A stretch of DNA of 64,000 nucleotides from Enterobacter phage phiEap-3. The stretch's first letter is position 1; each line of letters begins with the position of its first letter. Below are positions 1 to 10,886 of the stretch, piece by piece. The notes below the pieces were generated by a model that did not search any database, had not been told where the DNA came from, and saw only the letters and a program-made list of their open reading frames with translations. Position numbers and translations under genes: made by a program. The DNA lies in sequence record KT321315.1. The stretch is one strand, 5' to 3'.

Positions 1-1
1 C

Positions 2-2407
2 GTAGGCAATCCGGTTTCCCGTACCGTTGCTTATCAGAGCGCTAACACTACGTATGTGTTAGGATACGATCGCATATTTTACGGGCGCACGTCAACAGAT
101 ATTCGTTGGTCTTCTGATGAAGTTCGTTTTTCTGCTGATGATGTAACGTTTGCGAAGCTGGGGAACCAGTCAGGGTTAGATTTTGATGTTGACTCATACA
201 ACACGTATGCGCGTCTACCGGGCGGAGTGTCGAAGTATGCCGAAGCTATGGCTTGTTCTAGTGACTGGCTCTACGTGGCTGCTAAGAACGTTATGCGCCG
301 TATTGCGTTACGTAACACACCAATTGATACTGATCCTGGTTCGCCGACCTTTGGTGAACGTATTTTTGATGAAGTTTCATATACCATCGTACCAGGAAAT
401 GATAAAATTGTTGTTAAAAAAATGGACGTGCTGAATGACCGTCTGTACGTTCTGGTAACTGGTGAAGTTAAAACGGCGATGATGGATCCGACTGTCAAGG
501 CTAACGTGATCCCATCAAATGATGCTGGCGTTTATCTGTGGGATGAGACTGAAAAGACGTTTACCCGTGTTTATGGTAAAACCGAAGAGGAACGTTTTTA
601 TATCACTCATGAATATACCAATATGTCAACTAACGGCGACGAAGTTTACATTTCTGTTGGTAACTACAAATATCCAGGAACTTTGCCAGATCCAGATCTG
701 GTTGAAAAGTATCCGGAAGATGTGCATTCAGCGGTGAAATACGATCTTGTTCCTGGTTATACTGCGAGCATTTCGATTAACTTTGCTACAGTTCGAGCAA
801 ATCAGAACGATCCTACAGTATGGAACTTTGGGCCGCAAGAGTACTACAATGAAGCAAACTTTAGCTGGCATTTCCGCGATAAGGTTAGCACATGGATCAC
901 CAATGATAACCGTCCTCTGGTGGTTTATCCGGAAACCCTGTATACTCTGGTTACTGATAGCGCGTCTCCTGCGTCAACGATTCGTGTAAACCATGAAGTT
1001 TGGGACAAAGGAACAGTTACTATCTACTTGAATAATATCAAGTTTACTGGTTTTACGAAGTACACAAACGGCGTTCTGTTGTATCGCTCAGGTGGTAGGA
1101 TTATTGGATTCTATGAACTGTCATACCGTGCAAGGGATGAACTCACTATTTTCTGGAAACCTGATAACACTTTAATGGTGGCAAGTCTGGTTAATCAGGA
1201 ACGTGAAAACCCATACACGCCGGATATTGAACCTGGACTAATCGACCCTGATCTGAGTCACATGATCACTCGTTTTGCTCCGCAAAGCTATCTGGACAAC
1301 CAACAGTTCGAAAAATTTGGTGAATACTATCTGCAATATATTTCGTTGGGTAGCAACAGTTACTATAACAAATTGCTGAACCTCATCCGGAACAAATATC
1401 CGAGAGAGAAAAACAACGTTGAATATTTGTGGTCTGAAATTAACCGCCGTAACATTTACCTGGATAAAACCAAACGTGAGGCAGTGGTTAGATTTTTTGA
1501 ATCACGTGCAAGCGATTTCTATTCAACAAAAGGGATTGAGGCAAGTTATACGTTCCTGTTTAAATTGCTGTATAACGAAGATGTTTCCGTTGAGATCGAA
1601 AGCTCCAACAGTCTCGAATATGATATTTTGGTTAGTTCAACAAATATCAGTCAGGATATCGTAGGCCGGACGATCTATACACCAACTGGACGCGCTAACG
1701 TTACATACATCGAACGTGAATATGAAAATGGTCAATTGCGTTGGTCAATGACTCTGCATAATGCTCAAGGTAACTTTATCGAAGGACAGGTTGTCAAGTC
1801 AGAAAAAACCAATTTCACCGGAATGGTAATTCGTGGTGTTCGCGGTAAACAAATGGCTAACAACTCGATCGACTATATCAACCGTGGACGATCTTACTAT
1901 GTGATGAAAATTCGTTCAAATCTACCGACTTCCCGTTATAAGGATGACGTATTGAGGTTTGTTCATCCGGTAGGATTCGGCTTTATGGGTATCACGATGT
2001 TAACAGTATTCATCAACTCTGGTTTGTCAATGACTCATAACGAGACAATCATTGATATTCTGAGAAACTACCGTTTCGATAGTGGTTATCCTAAGTTCTG
2101 GCCTGATCGCATTGCGAGTATGGACGGTAACGGAAACCAACAATTCGACCTGGTTACTGGTGAACCTCTGTACACCGCACACCCGCGAGCGGGGGAACCT
2201 TTTGATGTGCCTCCGGAATATGACATTGAAGAAAAACCGCTTAACGGTGTTCTTCCTTCTGCGCGACGGTTCGATCAAAGTCCGTTGTTCGATTGCTCAG
2301 GCGTTAAATATTCACAGTTCCGTAATTTGGTGGATAGACGACTGAAAGATGATGCAGGAAACCCACGTGATCCAAATCCTCCATCACAGATTAAGGTAGG
2401 AAATTAA
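2..2407 (+). CDS. 7: Baseplate wedge protein gp7, C-terminal ~800 aa; the 5' end lies outside the window
   Basis: The reading frame is open from the window edge; the track 'M' at 56 is a GTG inside the frame. The ORF is larger than gp6 and sits immediately upstream of gp8 in the conserved T4 order 7-8-9-10-11-12-wac. Confidence 0.6.
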   Translation, partial: VGNPVSRTVAYQSANTTYVLGYDRIFYGRTSTDIRWSSDEVRFSADDVTFAKLGNQSGLDFDVDSYNTYARLPGGVSKYAEAMACSSDWLYVAAKNVMRRIALRNTPIDTDPGSPTFGERIFDEVSYTIVPGNDKIVVKKMDVLNDRLYVLVTGEVKTAMMDPTVKANVIPSNDAGVYLWDETEKTFTRVYGKTEEERFYITHEYTNMSTNGDEVYISVGNYKYPGTLPDPDLVEKYPEDVHSAVKYDLVPGYTASISINFATVRANQNDPTVWNFGPQEYYNEANFSWHFRDKVSTWITNDNRPLVVYPETLYTLVTDSASPASTIRVNHEVWDKGTVTIYLNNIKFTGFTKYTNGVLLYRSGGRIIGFYELSYRARDELTIFWKPDNTLMVASLVNQERENPYTPDIEPGLIDPDLSHMITRFAPQSYLDNQQFEKFGEYYLQYISLGSNSYYNKLLNLIRNKYPREKNNVEYLWSEINRRNIYLDKTKREAVVRFFESRASDFYSTKGIEASYTFLFKLLYNEDVSVEIESSNSLEYDILVSSTNISQDIVGRTIYTPTGRANVTYIEREYENGQLRWSMTLHNAQGNFIEGQVVKSEKTNFTGMVIRGVRGKQMANNSIDYINRGRSYYVMKIRSNLPTSRYKDDVLRFVHPVGFGFMGITMLTVFINSGLSMTHNETIIDILRNYRFDSGYPKFWPDRIASMDGNGNQQFDLVTGEPLYTAHPRAGEPFDVPPEYDIEEKPLNGVLPSARRFDQSPLFDCSGVKYSQFRNLVDRRLKDDAGNPRDPNPPSQIKVGN

Positions 2408-3400
2408 ATGGCACAACAAAACTTGTATCGGTCGGTAATTACTGCAAAATTCCGAACCGAAAACTTGATGAACTTCAAAGATATGATCGGCGATGCCGCC
2501 GATCTAAACACGATTTATATGTCTATTGGGCGAACTGAATCATGGGCGGATAACGAATCCGACCCTAACTTTGCCCCGCCATATCCAAATGATAGCACCG
2601 ATGGTGTTAGTGATATGTGGACGCATATGATCGGGGCTACTAAAGTTCCTGGTGATATGATAGATGCAATTTTACCACGTAAAGACTGGGGTGATACTCG
2701 CTATCCAAACCCGAAAATCTTTTACTTTAACGATATTGTTGTTGTAAACACCGCGCCTTATAACCGTACTGATCCGGGTAAAGGTTGGATGGTTTATCGT
2801 GTAGTTGATGTTCCTGATATCGGTTCTTGCTCCATTTCGAGCATTACCGGAAAACTTGAATGTATCAGGATCGGCGGTATCTGGAGTCCGTCTCATGAAT
2901 CCAGTGAACCTCCACGCGGAGAAGCTAACGGGATCGACATGGGCGACGGCTATAAATGGGAATACCTCTACACAATCCCGCCAGATGTCGTGATCAACCG
3001 CTGTACGAACGAACATATCGTAGTTCCTTTCCCTGGCGAACTGGAAGAGGATCCGGTACGTTGGGGTTATGATAACGTGATTCAATGGTATCCAGGACAA
3101 TACGATCTAGTGTATCGGTTGAAGGTGAATTCAATGCGTTTTCGTGCGTACATGGATTCTCTTTTCTTCCCGCAATCTACGCTCCCTGGTAACAAAGGGT
3201 TCCGTCAGATAAGTATTATTGTAAACCCGTTGATTAAAAAGGCAAGCCCGACCGAACCTGAAAAGAAAGCAACTGGTGATTACTATAATGCTAACGCGCT
3301 TGAACCTGATTCCGGACGTATGATTTACATGGAAAACAGACAACCTATTATTCGCTCCCTTGATCAGACTGAGGAAGTGAGTATTGTATTCGAATTCTAA
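2408..3400 (+). CDS. 8: Baseplate wedge protein gp8
   Basis: 330 aa versus 334 aa in T4. The ATG overlaps the gp7 stop (TAAATG). Position is between gp7 and gp9. Confidence 0.75.
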   Translation: MAQQNLYRSVITAKFRTENLMNFKDMIGDAADLNTIYMSIGRTESWADNESDPNFAPPYPNDSTDGVSDMWTHMIGATKVPGDMIDAILPRKDWGDTRYPNPKIFYFNDIVVVNTAPYNRTDPGKGWMVYRVVDVPDIGSCSISSITGKLECIRIGGIWSPSHESSEPPRGEANGIDMGDGYKWEYLYTIPPDVVINRCTNEHIVVPFPGELEEDPVRWGYDNVIQWYPGQYDLVYRLKVNSMRFRAYMDSLFFPQSTLPGNKGFRQISIIVNPLIKKASPTEPEKKATGDYYNANALEPDSGRMIYMENRQPIIRSLDQTEEVSIVFEF

Positions 3401-3409
3401 GGAAAAACA

Positions 3410-4273
3410 ATGGCTTACCAAACAGCAAAAAAACTAATTGATGTCGGTGAAATCGGCAACCCATCAACAGGCGATCCGCTTTATGATGGTGGTGTTAAAC
3501 TGAACGAAATGATCACCAACGTTTATAATGCGTTTGGTGATGTGCGTATGCTGTCTGCAAACGAAGGTGTCGGTAACATGGTGATCCATGCTACCGGATA
3601 CTATCAGAAATTACCACGCACTTACTATTCAAGTACACCGATCGAACTGGGTTCCCTGCATGACATGGATACTTCAACAGGTTCGATTACCGTTGTTCTT
3701 CCTTCTGGTAAGGTTGGCGAAGGTTGCTACTTCATAAATAGTACGGGTAGTGTCTCTGTTGATCGTCCTATCGCGTTTCGTCCTCAAGTTGGCGATACAA
3801 TCGCGGGGGTTGCAGACCAGTTGTACATCACGTCACCTTACACCTTTGTAAAAATATGGTGTACCAAAAAAGAAGGTGCGATCACAACATGGGATTATTC
3901 TGTAGAATCTATGTTCGGTTCTAAAACGATGCCTGTTGACACTACGGCGCTTGTACTGAAAGCAAACCCGACTGCTATTCCTATGTTCGGATATAGCGAA
4001 TTTAGCGGGGCTAAGGTGCTCGTATACGCAGAAAACGTAGCTGGTACAGTTACCAAAATGGCGGAAGTTTTAATGACCGTGGATCGTGTAAACAAAACGA
4101 TTTATTCAACGGAATACGCTATTTTGAAAAACAGTGAAGATGAAATGTTTACATTAAACTTTACTGTCGGTGCTGGTGATGTCGTATACGCTAACGTGCA
4201 AGCGATCAAAGAAGATCGAATTAAATTCACGATTAAAGCAATCGATACGATTAAATCAGGGATCGCGTCATGA
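3410..4273 (+). CDS. 9: Baseplate wedge / long-tail-fibre attachment protein gp9
   Basis: 287 aa versus 288 aa in T4. Synteny. An AAGGAAAAACAATG ribosome-binding site is present. Confidence 0.75.
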   Translation: MAYQTAKKLIDVGEIGNPSTGDPLYDGGVKLNEMITNVYNAFGDVRMLSANEGVGNMVIHATGYYQKLPRTYYSSTPIELGSLHDMDTSTGSITVVLPSGKVGEGCYFINSTGSVSVDRPIAFRPQVGDTIAGVADQLYITSPYTFVKIWCTKKEGAITTWDYSVESMFGSKTMPVDTTALVLKANPTAIPMFGYSEFSGAKVLVYAENVAGTVTKMAEVLMTVDRVNKTIYSTEYAILKNSEDEMFTLNFTVGAGDVVYANVQAIKEDRIKFTIKAIDTIKSGIAS

Positions 4274-6087
4274 AACAAGAAATTTTAATAGGTCAGGTTG
4301 TAGACGATGGTACAGGCGATTACCTGCGTCGAGGTGGTCAAAAGACTAACAGCAACTTTACAGAATTGTATAACATGTTGGGGGATGGTGAGATCCCCCA
4401 TCCAGCAGGTGCCTGGAAAACCTTTGCGGGTACGACGCTATCACCAAAATTTGGTGAATCATGGGCGTTGAATACCAGTGCAAACAAAATCACCGTAAAC
4501 CTCCCGAAAGGCGGCGTAGGCGACTATAACAAAGTTATTCGTCTGCGTGATGTGTGGTCGCGTTGGGCTACCAACAACGTTAGACTGATCCCCGCAACTG
4601 GTGATACTATCAAAGGTTCCCCAACTCCTAAAGATCTGTTTAAAGATTTTATGGATGTGGAACTGGTGTATTGTTCTCCGGGCCGTTGGGAATACGTCGA
4701 AAACAAACAGATTGACAAAATCACAACTTCGGATCTGGCAACAGTAGCAAAAGAAACGTATATTGCTACTCAGGGACAAACTGACTTCCCTAACGTATTC
4801 GGTGTTGGTAATGAATACAACCTGCAATCGTTCGAAGTTTACTATCGCGGTAACTTGCTGTTCATCGATGAGAAAGACGGATTCAATGCTGATAACTCAG
4901 ACTATGGATCGATTGGTTCTGCTCCTGGTGAACTGGTTGCGCTTGATGGTAATTCAGTACGCCTTAAAAACCCGTGTAACGCTGGTGACACTCTTCAATT
5001 TGTTACCTATCTAGATGGGTTAGCAACATGGCGGTCGAGCTATGAAGCGTATGTGATGCGCATGTATCAGACTGGTGATACTTCTCTGGAAACCGTTCCT
5101 GGTGAACAGTGGGTAGGCGATCTGACAACCAAAAAAGAGTTTACACCTGCTGAATTTGGTGTTAACCCTCGCGTGTTGATTAACCCTAACTCGTTTGAAC
5201 TGCTTCTCAACGGTAAACAACTGGTTAAAGGCGGTGACGCTGACTATCCGGCGTTTTCCTGTGAAGGTGCGGAAGGTGTTGATGAAAGTACGTGTGTTGG
5301 TAACTCTGGTACATGGGTTCCGTCAGGACAGGATTACAGCTTAGTATTCACTGATTCTGTAGTGACTTCAATCAAGTTTGCTCAGGAACTGGAATCCGGC
5401 GACGTTGTAACGATTCGTTGGTTTAACAATGATATTGGTACTCTGATGGATTGGGAAGGAACTGGCGGTATTAAAGAAAAAGCTGATAAGGTTTATCTCA
5501 ATAACGAAGAAGAAGTTATATTGACGAACCGTATCGAATATACCGATTATAATAACCCTTCTCAGAAAACAATGCGTAATACAGGGGAAACCTATCAGGG
5601 ACGTATTCTGGATATTCAGGCTATGTTTGATATTATCCACCCGATCGGAACCATCTATGAAAACGCACACAACCCGGCAAACCCTGCTGATTATATGGGC
5701 TTTGGTGGTTGGAAACGTTACGCAGAAGGTTATTTCCTGGCTGGCTGGACATCAAATGCAGCGGATCCTGATTTCGCATTAAACAATAATGATTTAGATA
5801 GTGGTGGTCAACCGAGTCATACGGCAGGTGGTACTGGTGGCGATCGTGGTACAGAAATCAAAATCATCAACGTTCCTGAACTTGTATCAAAAGATAAAGT
5901 TCTGATTGCTGATGAAAATGGTGCTGTGATCATTGGTGGTTGTCAGTTAGACCCTGATGCTTCTGGCCCTGGATACACTAAATACCGTGAGGATACATTG
6001 AAAGTGAATCAGGGTAACACATTACCTGATAAAATCAAAACTATTCCACCGTATATGACTGCACATCGCTGGATAAGGGTTGCATAA
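4270..6087 (+). CDS. 10: Baseplate wedge protein gp10
   Basis: 605 aa versus 602 aa in T4. ATGA overlap with gp9. Synteny. Confidence 0.8.
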   Translation: MKQEILIGQVVDDGTGDYLRRGGQKTNSNFTELYNMLGDGEIPHPAGAWKTFAGTTLSPKFGESWALNTSANKITVNLPKGGVGDYNKVIRLRDVWSRWATNNVRLIPATGDTIKGSPTPKDLFKDFMDVELVYCSPGRWEYVENKQIDKITTSDLATVAKETYIATQGQTDFPNVFGVGNEYNLQSFEVYYRGNLLFIDEKDGFNADNSDYGSIGSAPGELVALDGNSVRLKNPCNAGDTLQFVTYLDGLATWRSSYEAYVMRMYQTGDTSLETVPGEQWVGDLTTKKEFTPAEFGVNPRVLINPNSFELLLNGKQLVKGGDADYPAFSCEGAEGVDESTCVGNSGTWVPSGQDYSLVFTDSVVTSIKFAQELESGDVVTIRWFNNDIGTLMDWEGTGGIKEKADKVYLNNEEEVILTNRIEYTDYNNPSQKTMRNTGETYQGRILDIQAMFDIIHPIGTIYENAHNPANPADYMGFGGWKRYAEGYFLAGWTSNAADPDFALNNNDLDSGGQPSHTAGGTGGDRGTEIKIINVPELVSKDKVLIADENGAVIIGGCQLDPDASGPGYTKYREDTLKVNQGNTLPDKIKTIPPYMTAHRWIRVA

Positions 6088-6755
6088 TGGCTTACAACAA
6101 TATTTCAAAAACAAGGGAGGGCGCTCGCGTCCTCTCTAAAGAAGCAGATTACTTACAGTATGATACTTATGGTAAGTTGCCTCTGATCGGCGGTAAACGT
6201 TCGATCGGCGAACCAAACATTGACCAAACAAAACGCGGTGTTCTGTATGGAAACGTACAATCCGCAATTGATGACCTGTATACGCTTATCGAGCAAATCC
6301 CGATTAACGGCGTTGTTACCATGACTGAGGATGCCCCTCCAATCGCTGTACAGCAGGTTGAGAGCGTTTCTTTTGATGGTATTGTACAGAACATCGATTC
6401 AGACCAAGAACAGGCTGTAGTTCACGTATATGGCTTCCCTTTCATCTTTGATAATGGGACTAACGCCGCAACCGTTTGTGAAACTGCATACAACAAATTT
6501 TCTGAATTCGTTGCAGCGGAAAAATATTTCGCAGAAGTTAACCGCAAAGGTGTTGATGGTACGATCCTTGAATGTCGATTTATTGATAGTGTTCCGCACC
6601 CGGCAACAAATATCTCAGAAAACGGTATTCGTCAAATCGGAACTATCGACGTAGCCGCAAAAAATGGCTATGGTTCATGGGTTAAGTTGGGTTCTGGTTT
6701 CTTACCTGATGTTACTCCGCAAGTAACCGTGTATTACTTCAAACGAATTGCATAA
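6087..6755 (+). CDS. 11: Baseplate wedge / short-tail-fibre attachment protein gp11
   Basis: 222 aa versus 219 aa in T4. TAATG overlap with gp10. Synteny. Confidence 0.75.
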   Translation: MAYNNISKTREGARVLSKEADYLQYDTYGKLPLIGGKRSIGEPNIDQTKRGVLYGNVQSAIDDLYTLIEQIPINGVVTMTEDAPPIAVQQVESVSFDGIVQNIDSDQEQAVVHVYGFPFIFDNGTNAATVCETAYNKFSEFVAAEKYFAEVNRKGVDGTILECRFIDSVPHPATNISENGIRQIGTIDVAAKNGYGSWVKLGSGFLPDVTPQVTVYYFKRIA

Positions 6756-6764
6756 GGATAACAC

Positions 6765-8150
6765 ATGAGTAACAATACAATCAACCACGTAAGTGATAAA
6801 TCCATTTACGTGACATTTGACCCAACAGGTACTGATTGGCCTGATACCATAACCAACGTACAAGATGCGTTGGAAAAAATAGGTAGTTGGGCGCGTACTG
6901 ATACTGGGCTTCCTATCGCAACAACTTCTGTTCGTGGTATTGCTCAGATCGCAACCGAAGCTGATATTGACGCTGGCACGGATAACACTAAGATTGTTAC
7001 TCCGAAACTGTTAGCATACCGTATGCAGAACCCTAAAGCATCACAAACCGTATGGGGTTATACGAAGTATTCGACTGATGCGGAATCTACAACCGTAACT
7101 AACGATGCATCGTCTATTACTCCGCGATCACTGAACTATGTGTTCAATAACCGCAAAGGTACAGAATCGGTTTGGGGTTCTTCTAAAATCGCTACCACTG
7201 CACAGGCGGTTGCGGGTACAGATAACACTGTAACGATGACTCCGCTTAAAGTCAAGCAAGCGATCGCGTCTCTGGTTCCGGTTCAGTCAAGTGCGACCGA
7301 AAGCTCGCAAGGTCTGGTACAACTGGCAACAGTTGCACAGGTTCAGGCTGGTACGATCCGTGAAGGGTATGCAATTTCACCTTATACGTTTATTCGTTTA
7401 ACTGCAACTGAAAGCAACCTGGGCGTTATTCGTATCGCATCCCAGGCAGAAACGAACGCAGGGACTGATGACACCAAAGCAATTACCGCGAAAAAATTAA
7501 ATAATAGTCGCGCAACTGGTTCTCAATTCGGTGTTGTTAAATTAGCAACCACTGTAGGAAATGCAGCAAACACTGCACTTTCTTCTAATGCTAATGTATT
7601 ACCTAGCGATCGTAATGCGGTAATTAATGGTTCTCTTTATGAGAATAATGCAATATATAACAACAAATATCAGACGTGGACAGATCTTGATTGGCATTTC
7701 CCAGTAGGTGCTATTATCATGACGGGTTTCCAGACTGACCACGGCAGTTTGTATATTTGTGATGGACGTTCACTGAATAAAAATAATTACCCGTTACTGT
7801 TTGAGCGTATAGGTTATACATTTGGTGGTGGCGGCGATTGGTTTAACCTTCCAGACTGTCGAGGCGTTGCAGTACGTGGTCATGACCGTGGGCGTGGACT
7901 AAACCCTAATCGTGGGTATGGTACATATGAAGGCGATATGTTGGGCTGGCACGAACACCCATTACAGCTTATCTACCAGAACGGTGGCAACATTCCGAAA
8001 TGGCAAGCAGTTTACGAACTGAAAAGCGCCGAGAAGAATGACCAAAGCGCTCGCGTATTTGATGCTTCTATAACTAAAGCTACTGGTGTGGGCGGTGAAG
8101 AAACCCGCATGAAAAACATCGCATTAAACTACGTAATTCGTACTCAATAG
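6765..8150 (+). CDS. 12: Short tail fibre protein gp12
   Basis: Carries tandem 'xATxxxxGxxxxAT...NAGTDxTKAxTPKKL' repeats, which are also found at the N-termini of gp34 and gp37 in this window. Lies between gp11 and wac. Confidence 0.8.
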   Translation: MSNNTINHVSDKSIYVTFDPTGTDWPDTITNVQDALEKIGSWARTDTGLPIATTSVRGIAQIATEADIDAGTDNTKIVTPKLLAYRMQNPKASQTVWGYTKYSTDAESTTVTNDASSITPRSLNYVFNNRKGTESVWGSSKIATTAQAVAGTDNTVTMTPLKVKQAIASLVPVQSSATESSQGLVQLATVAQVQAGTIREGYAISPYTFIRLTATESNLGVIRIASQAETNAGTDDTKAITAKKLNNSRATGSQFGVVKLATTVGNAANTALSSNANVLPSDRNAVINGSLYENNAIYNNKYQTWTDLDWHFPVGAIIMTGFQTDHGSLYICDGRSLNKNNYPLLFERIGYTFGGGGDWFNLPDCRGVAVRGHDRGRGLNPNRGYGTYEGDMLGWHEHPLQLIYQNGGNIPKWQAVYELKSAEKNDQSARVFDASITKATGVGGEETRMKNIALNYVIRTQ

Positions 8151-8160
8151 AGGTTATTAA

Positions 8161-9912
8161 ATGATCATCGACAAATTAAATCCGTTGCCGAAGATCCCGT
8201 TTGTTGATGGCGTCCCAGATGACGCCACGACTCAAACGAAGATTCTTTGGATCAAAAACGGTGAAACTCTGGACGGTTCGCCAGATAAAGTGTCAAACAC
8301 TGGTAGTCTTAACCGAACTGGTGTAAACATCCAGCAGAACGCGGTTCAGTTAGAACAAAATACCATCACCCATAATAATAAAATCAACGAAGTAATCGAT
8401 CAGGTTAACTTGATTACTGAAAACATTGATGCTATTGGTGATGAAAGCGTAATCAAAAAAGTTAACCAGTTGGATCAGGATGTTCAGGCATTAACTTTAT
8501 CGAACACCCAAACACAGAACAAGGTAGCACAGTTAACCCTTTCTGTAAATGCTCAGAACGATGAAATTGGTGAATACGATCCAGAAAAGGATCCTAAACA
8601 CCGCACAATTCGTAATGATATCATTTACATCAAGAAAGAAGTTGGTTCATATCCGGGATTTAACGTTGATGGTGATGTTGATCCCTCTTCTACTGGTACT
8701 GGCCTTAAATACCGCGTACTGAGTAACCAACGTGCTATTTCTATGCAGGAAACCCGCATAACCAAACTGGAAGATGATTGGGCGCTTTCCGAAGTAGGAC
8801 AACTGACAGAAGAAGTAAAAGAACTTCGTGCTGAAATGGGTGATTCTGGTCTTGCCACAACCCGATCAATCTATGCGCGAATTAAGATCCTTGAGGATGG
8901 TTCTGTTGTAATGCAAAATGAACTTGATGCGATTAATAGTTATATTGGTCGCACGTCAGGTTCAACCAGTTCCATTAACGATCGTGTGAACAGTCTGGAA
9001 AACTCCGTTAGTTCTCTGGCTACACAAATCAACGATCCGGTAACTGGTATCACTGCACAAATTGCAACCATTAATGGTCAAATTGGTACGGTTTCTGCTC
9101 AGGGTAGTATCCGTTATGATATTGCGGAAAACAAACGCAGATTGATGGATATGGAAATGATTCTGGGTGAATCCGGTGATGAAGGATTGCAGGGGCAAGT
9201 TGCGATCTTAACTGGTGACATTGGCGAAGATTCAGATCCTACCAGTATCAAAGGCCGTTTGAGTGTTGTTGAAGGTGAATTACGCACCAACACTAGCGCA
9301 CTCTGGGAACTGCAAGGCGTTGTAGGTAACTCTTCTAGTGGCCTCGTTGCAACTAGCCAGCAGGTTAACAAAGAAATCTATGGTGATGGTGTTAGTGCCG
9401 ATCCTGTTACTCGCGCTGGTTTGAAAACGACAACCCGTAACCTGTTCACTCAGGTAGGCGATAACGCAGAAGGTAACGAAACGGGCATTTATGCACTGAT
9501 TGCCGACCTTAATAAACGTGTTGAGGATTTAGAAGCGTTGAACATTGCACAGGCACTTGCAGATCGCGTAACTATCGAAGATCTGAATGCTAAACTGGCT
9601 CTGTACATCAAAGAAGCTGACGCCGATCTCCGTTATGAGAGCAAAAACCCGCCGCTGGCATTCGGTACTAACCTAACTGGTGATACTGAATACACTACTG
9701 GCGATCCATTGTCTCTAAGCGTAACTATGACTGGTGGTGTTTCTCCGCTGTCTTACCAGTGGACGAAAAACGGTGTAAACGTTGGTACTGATGCTAACAC
9801 ATTTACCATCGATTCGCTACAGCCTTCTGATTCCGGAACCTACAAAGTAACGGTAACTGATGCAAGCCATAAAGTCATCGTTTCTGATGAACTGGCGATC
9901 ACTGTCGCTTAA
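8161..9912 (+). CDS. wac: Fibritin (whisker antigen control, Wac) with a C-terminal Ig-like, Hoc-type domain instead of a foldon
   Basis: The N-terminus 'LPKIPFVDGVPDD...ILWIKNGE' and 'RTIRNDIIYIKKEVGSYPG' resemble T4 Wac. The long central part is a heptad coiled-coil. The C-terminal ~88 aa (YQWTKNGVNVGTDANTFTIDSLQPSDSGTYKVTVTD) resemble the Hoc Ig repeats encoded at 28935-29996. Confidence 0.85.
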   Translation: MIIDKLNPLPKIPFVDGVPDDATTQTKILWIKNGETLDGSPDKVSNTGSLNRTGVNIQQNAVQLEQNTITHNNKINEVIDQVNLITENIDAIGDESVIKKVNQLDQDVQALTLSNTQTQNKVAQLTLSVNAQNDEIGEYDPEKDPKHRTIRNDIIYIKKEVGSYPGFNVDGDVDPSSTGTGLKYRVLSNQRAISMQETRITKLEDDWALSEVGQLTEEVKELRAEMGDSGLATTRSIYARIKILEDGSVVMQNELDAINSYIGRTSGSTSSINDRVNSLENSVSSLATQINDPVTGITAQIATINGQIGTVSAQGSIRYDIAENKRRLMDMEMILGESGDEGLQGQVAILTGDIGEDSDPTSIKGRLSVVEGELRTNTSALWELQGVVGNSSSGLVATSQQVNKEIYGDGVSADPVTRAGLKTTTRNLFTQVGDNAEGNETGIYALIADLNKRVEDLEALNIAQALADRVTIEDLNAKLALYIKEADADLRYESKNPPLAFGTNLTGDTEYTTGDPLSLSVTMTGGVSPLSYQWTKNGVNVGTDANTFTIDSLQPSDSGTYKVTVTDASHKVIVSDELAITVA

Positions 9913-9921
9913 CGATTAACA

Positions 9922-9941
9922 AGGGGCTTCGGCCCCTTTTG
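9922..9941 (+). terminator. Rho-independent terminator after wac
   Basis: GGGGC-TTCG-GCCCC followed by TTTT. Confidence 0.7.
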
Positions 9942-9950
9942 AGGATCTTT

Positions 9951-10877
9951 ATGATTACGAACAACCCAGCACAATTAAAAGATGAAATTCTGCGCCGTTT
10001 AGGTGCTCCGATCGTCAAAATCGAAGTGACAACCGATCAGGTTTATGACTGCATTCAACGAGCATTAGACCTATATGCAGAATATCATTACAATGGATCT
10101 AACAAAGGGTATATCATTCTTACCCTGGGGCCGGACAACCCGAAAAATATTTTCGATCTGAGTAAAGAACACATTTTCGCAATTACTAAAGTGTTGCGTA
10201 CTAACATGGGTTCCCTTGTATCGATGGATGGTACTGCGGTTTATCCGTGGTTTACTGATTTCCTGATGGGCCTTACTGGTGGTTCTCTGGGCGGTGGTGG
10301 TTGTGCATCACGTACCTACGGAATGAACGCATACGGCGCGGATATGGGCTATTTTACCCAGATGATGAGCTATCAGAGGTCAATGCAAGACCTCCTGTCT
10401 CCGCTTCCTGATTACTGGTATAACGACGACACAGGACAGTTTGCAGTATACGGAACCGTTAAAGATGGTGATATTGTTGTTATCGAAGCAATGATCAGAT
10501 CCTTTGTTGATGTACCCAGTATGGTCGGTAACGTCGCTGGATACGCTACAGCGGGTTCTGATGGTGAAGATAAGTCAACTATAGCAGATATATACAATAA
10601 CCCCTACAAAGCCGTCTCAGGCGGTGTGAAGGCTGGTCAAGGTATGAGCGTTCAGGGTTCATCCTCTGCGTATAACAACCGTTGGGTGAAAGATTACGCA
10701 ACTGCTCTTGTTAAAGAGGTAAACGGTCAGGTGCTGGCTAAGTTTCAGGGTATGCAATTGCCTGGTGGTGTTGCTCCGGATGGAACCCGACTGATTCAGG
10801 AAGCTATGCAAGAAAAAGAAAACCTCCGTCAAGAACTTCTGTTACTGTCTGATGCACTTCCAGTGTTGATGATGTAA
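9951..10877 (+). CDS. 13: Neck protein gp13
   Basis: 308 aa versus 309 aa in T4. The internal ATG carries a GAGGA ribosome-binding site; the track start at 9939 is TTG. Synteny after wac. Confidence 0.75.
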   Translation: MITNNPAQLKDEILRRLGAPIVKIEVTTDQVYDCIQRALDLYAEYHYNGSNKGYIILTLGPDNPKNIFDLSKEHIFAITKVLRTNMGSLVSMDGTAVYPWFTDFLMGLTGGSLGGGGCASRTYGMNAYGADMGYFTQMMSYQRSMQDLLSPLPDYWYNDDTGQFAVYGTVKDGDIVVIEAMIRSFVDVPSMVGNVAGYATAGSDGEDKSTIADIYNNPYKAVSGGVKAGQGMSVQGSSSAYNNRWVKDYATALVKEVNGQVLAKFQGMQLPGGVAPDGTRLIQEAMQEKENLRQELLLLSDALPVLMM

Positions 10878-10886
10878 GGAGGAAAA

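Noticed and set aside
9661-9912. Tandem duplication or assembly artefact explaining the Hoc-like sequence in wac
   Set aside because: The similarity is at the protein-motif level only (~30-40%), not at nucleotide identity. This is consistent with ancient domain shuffling rather than a recent repeat.
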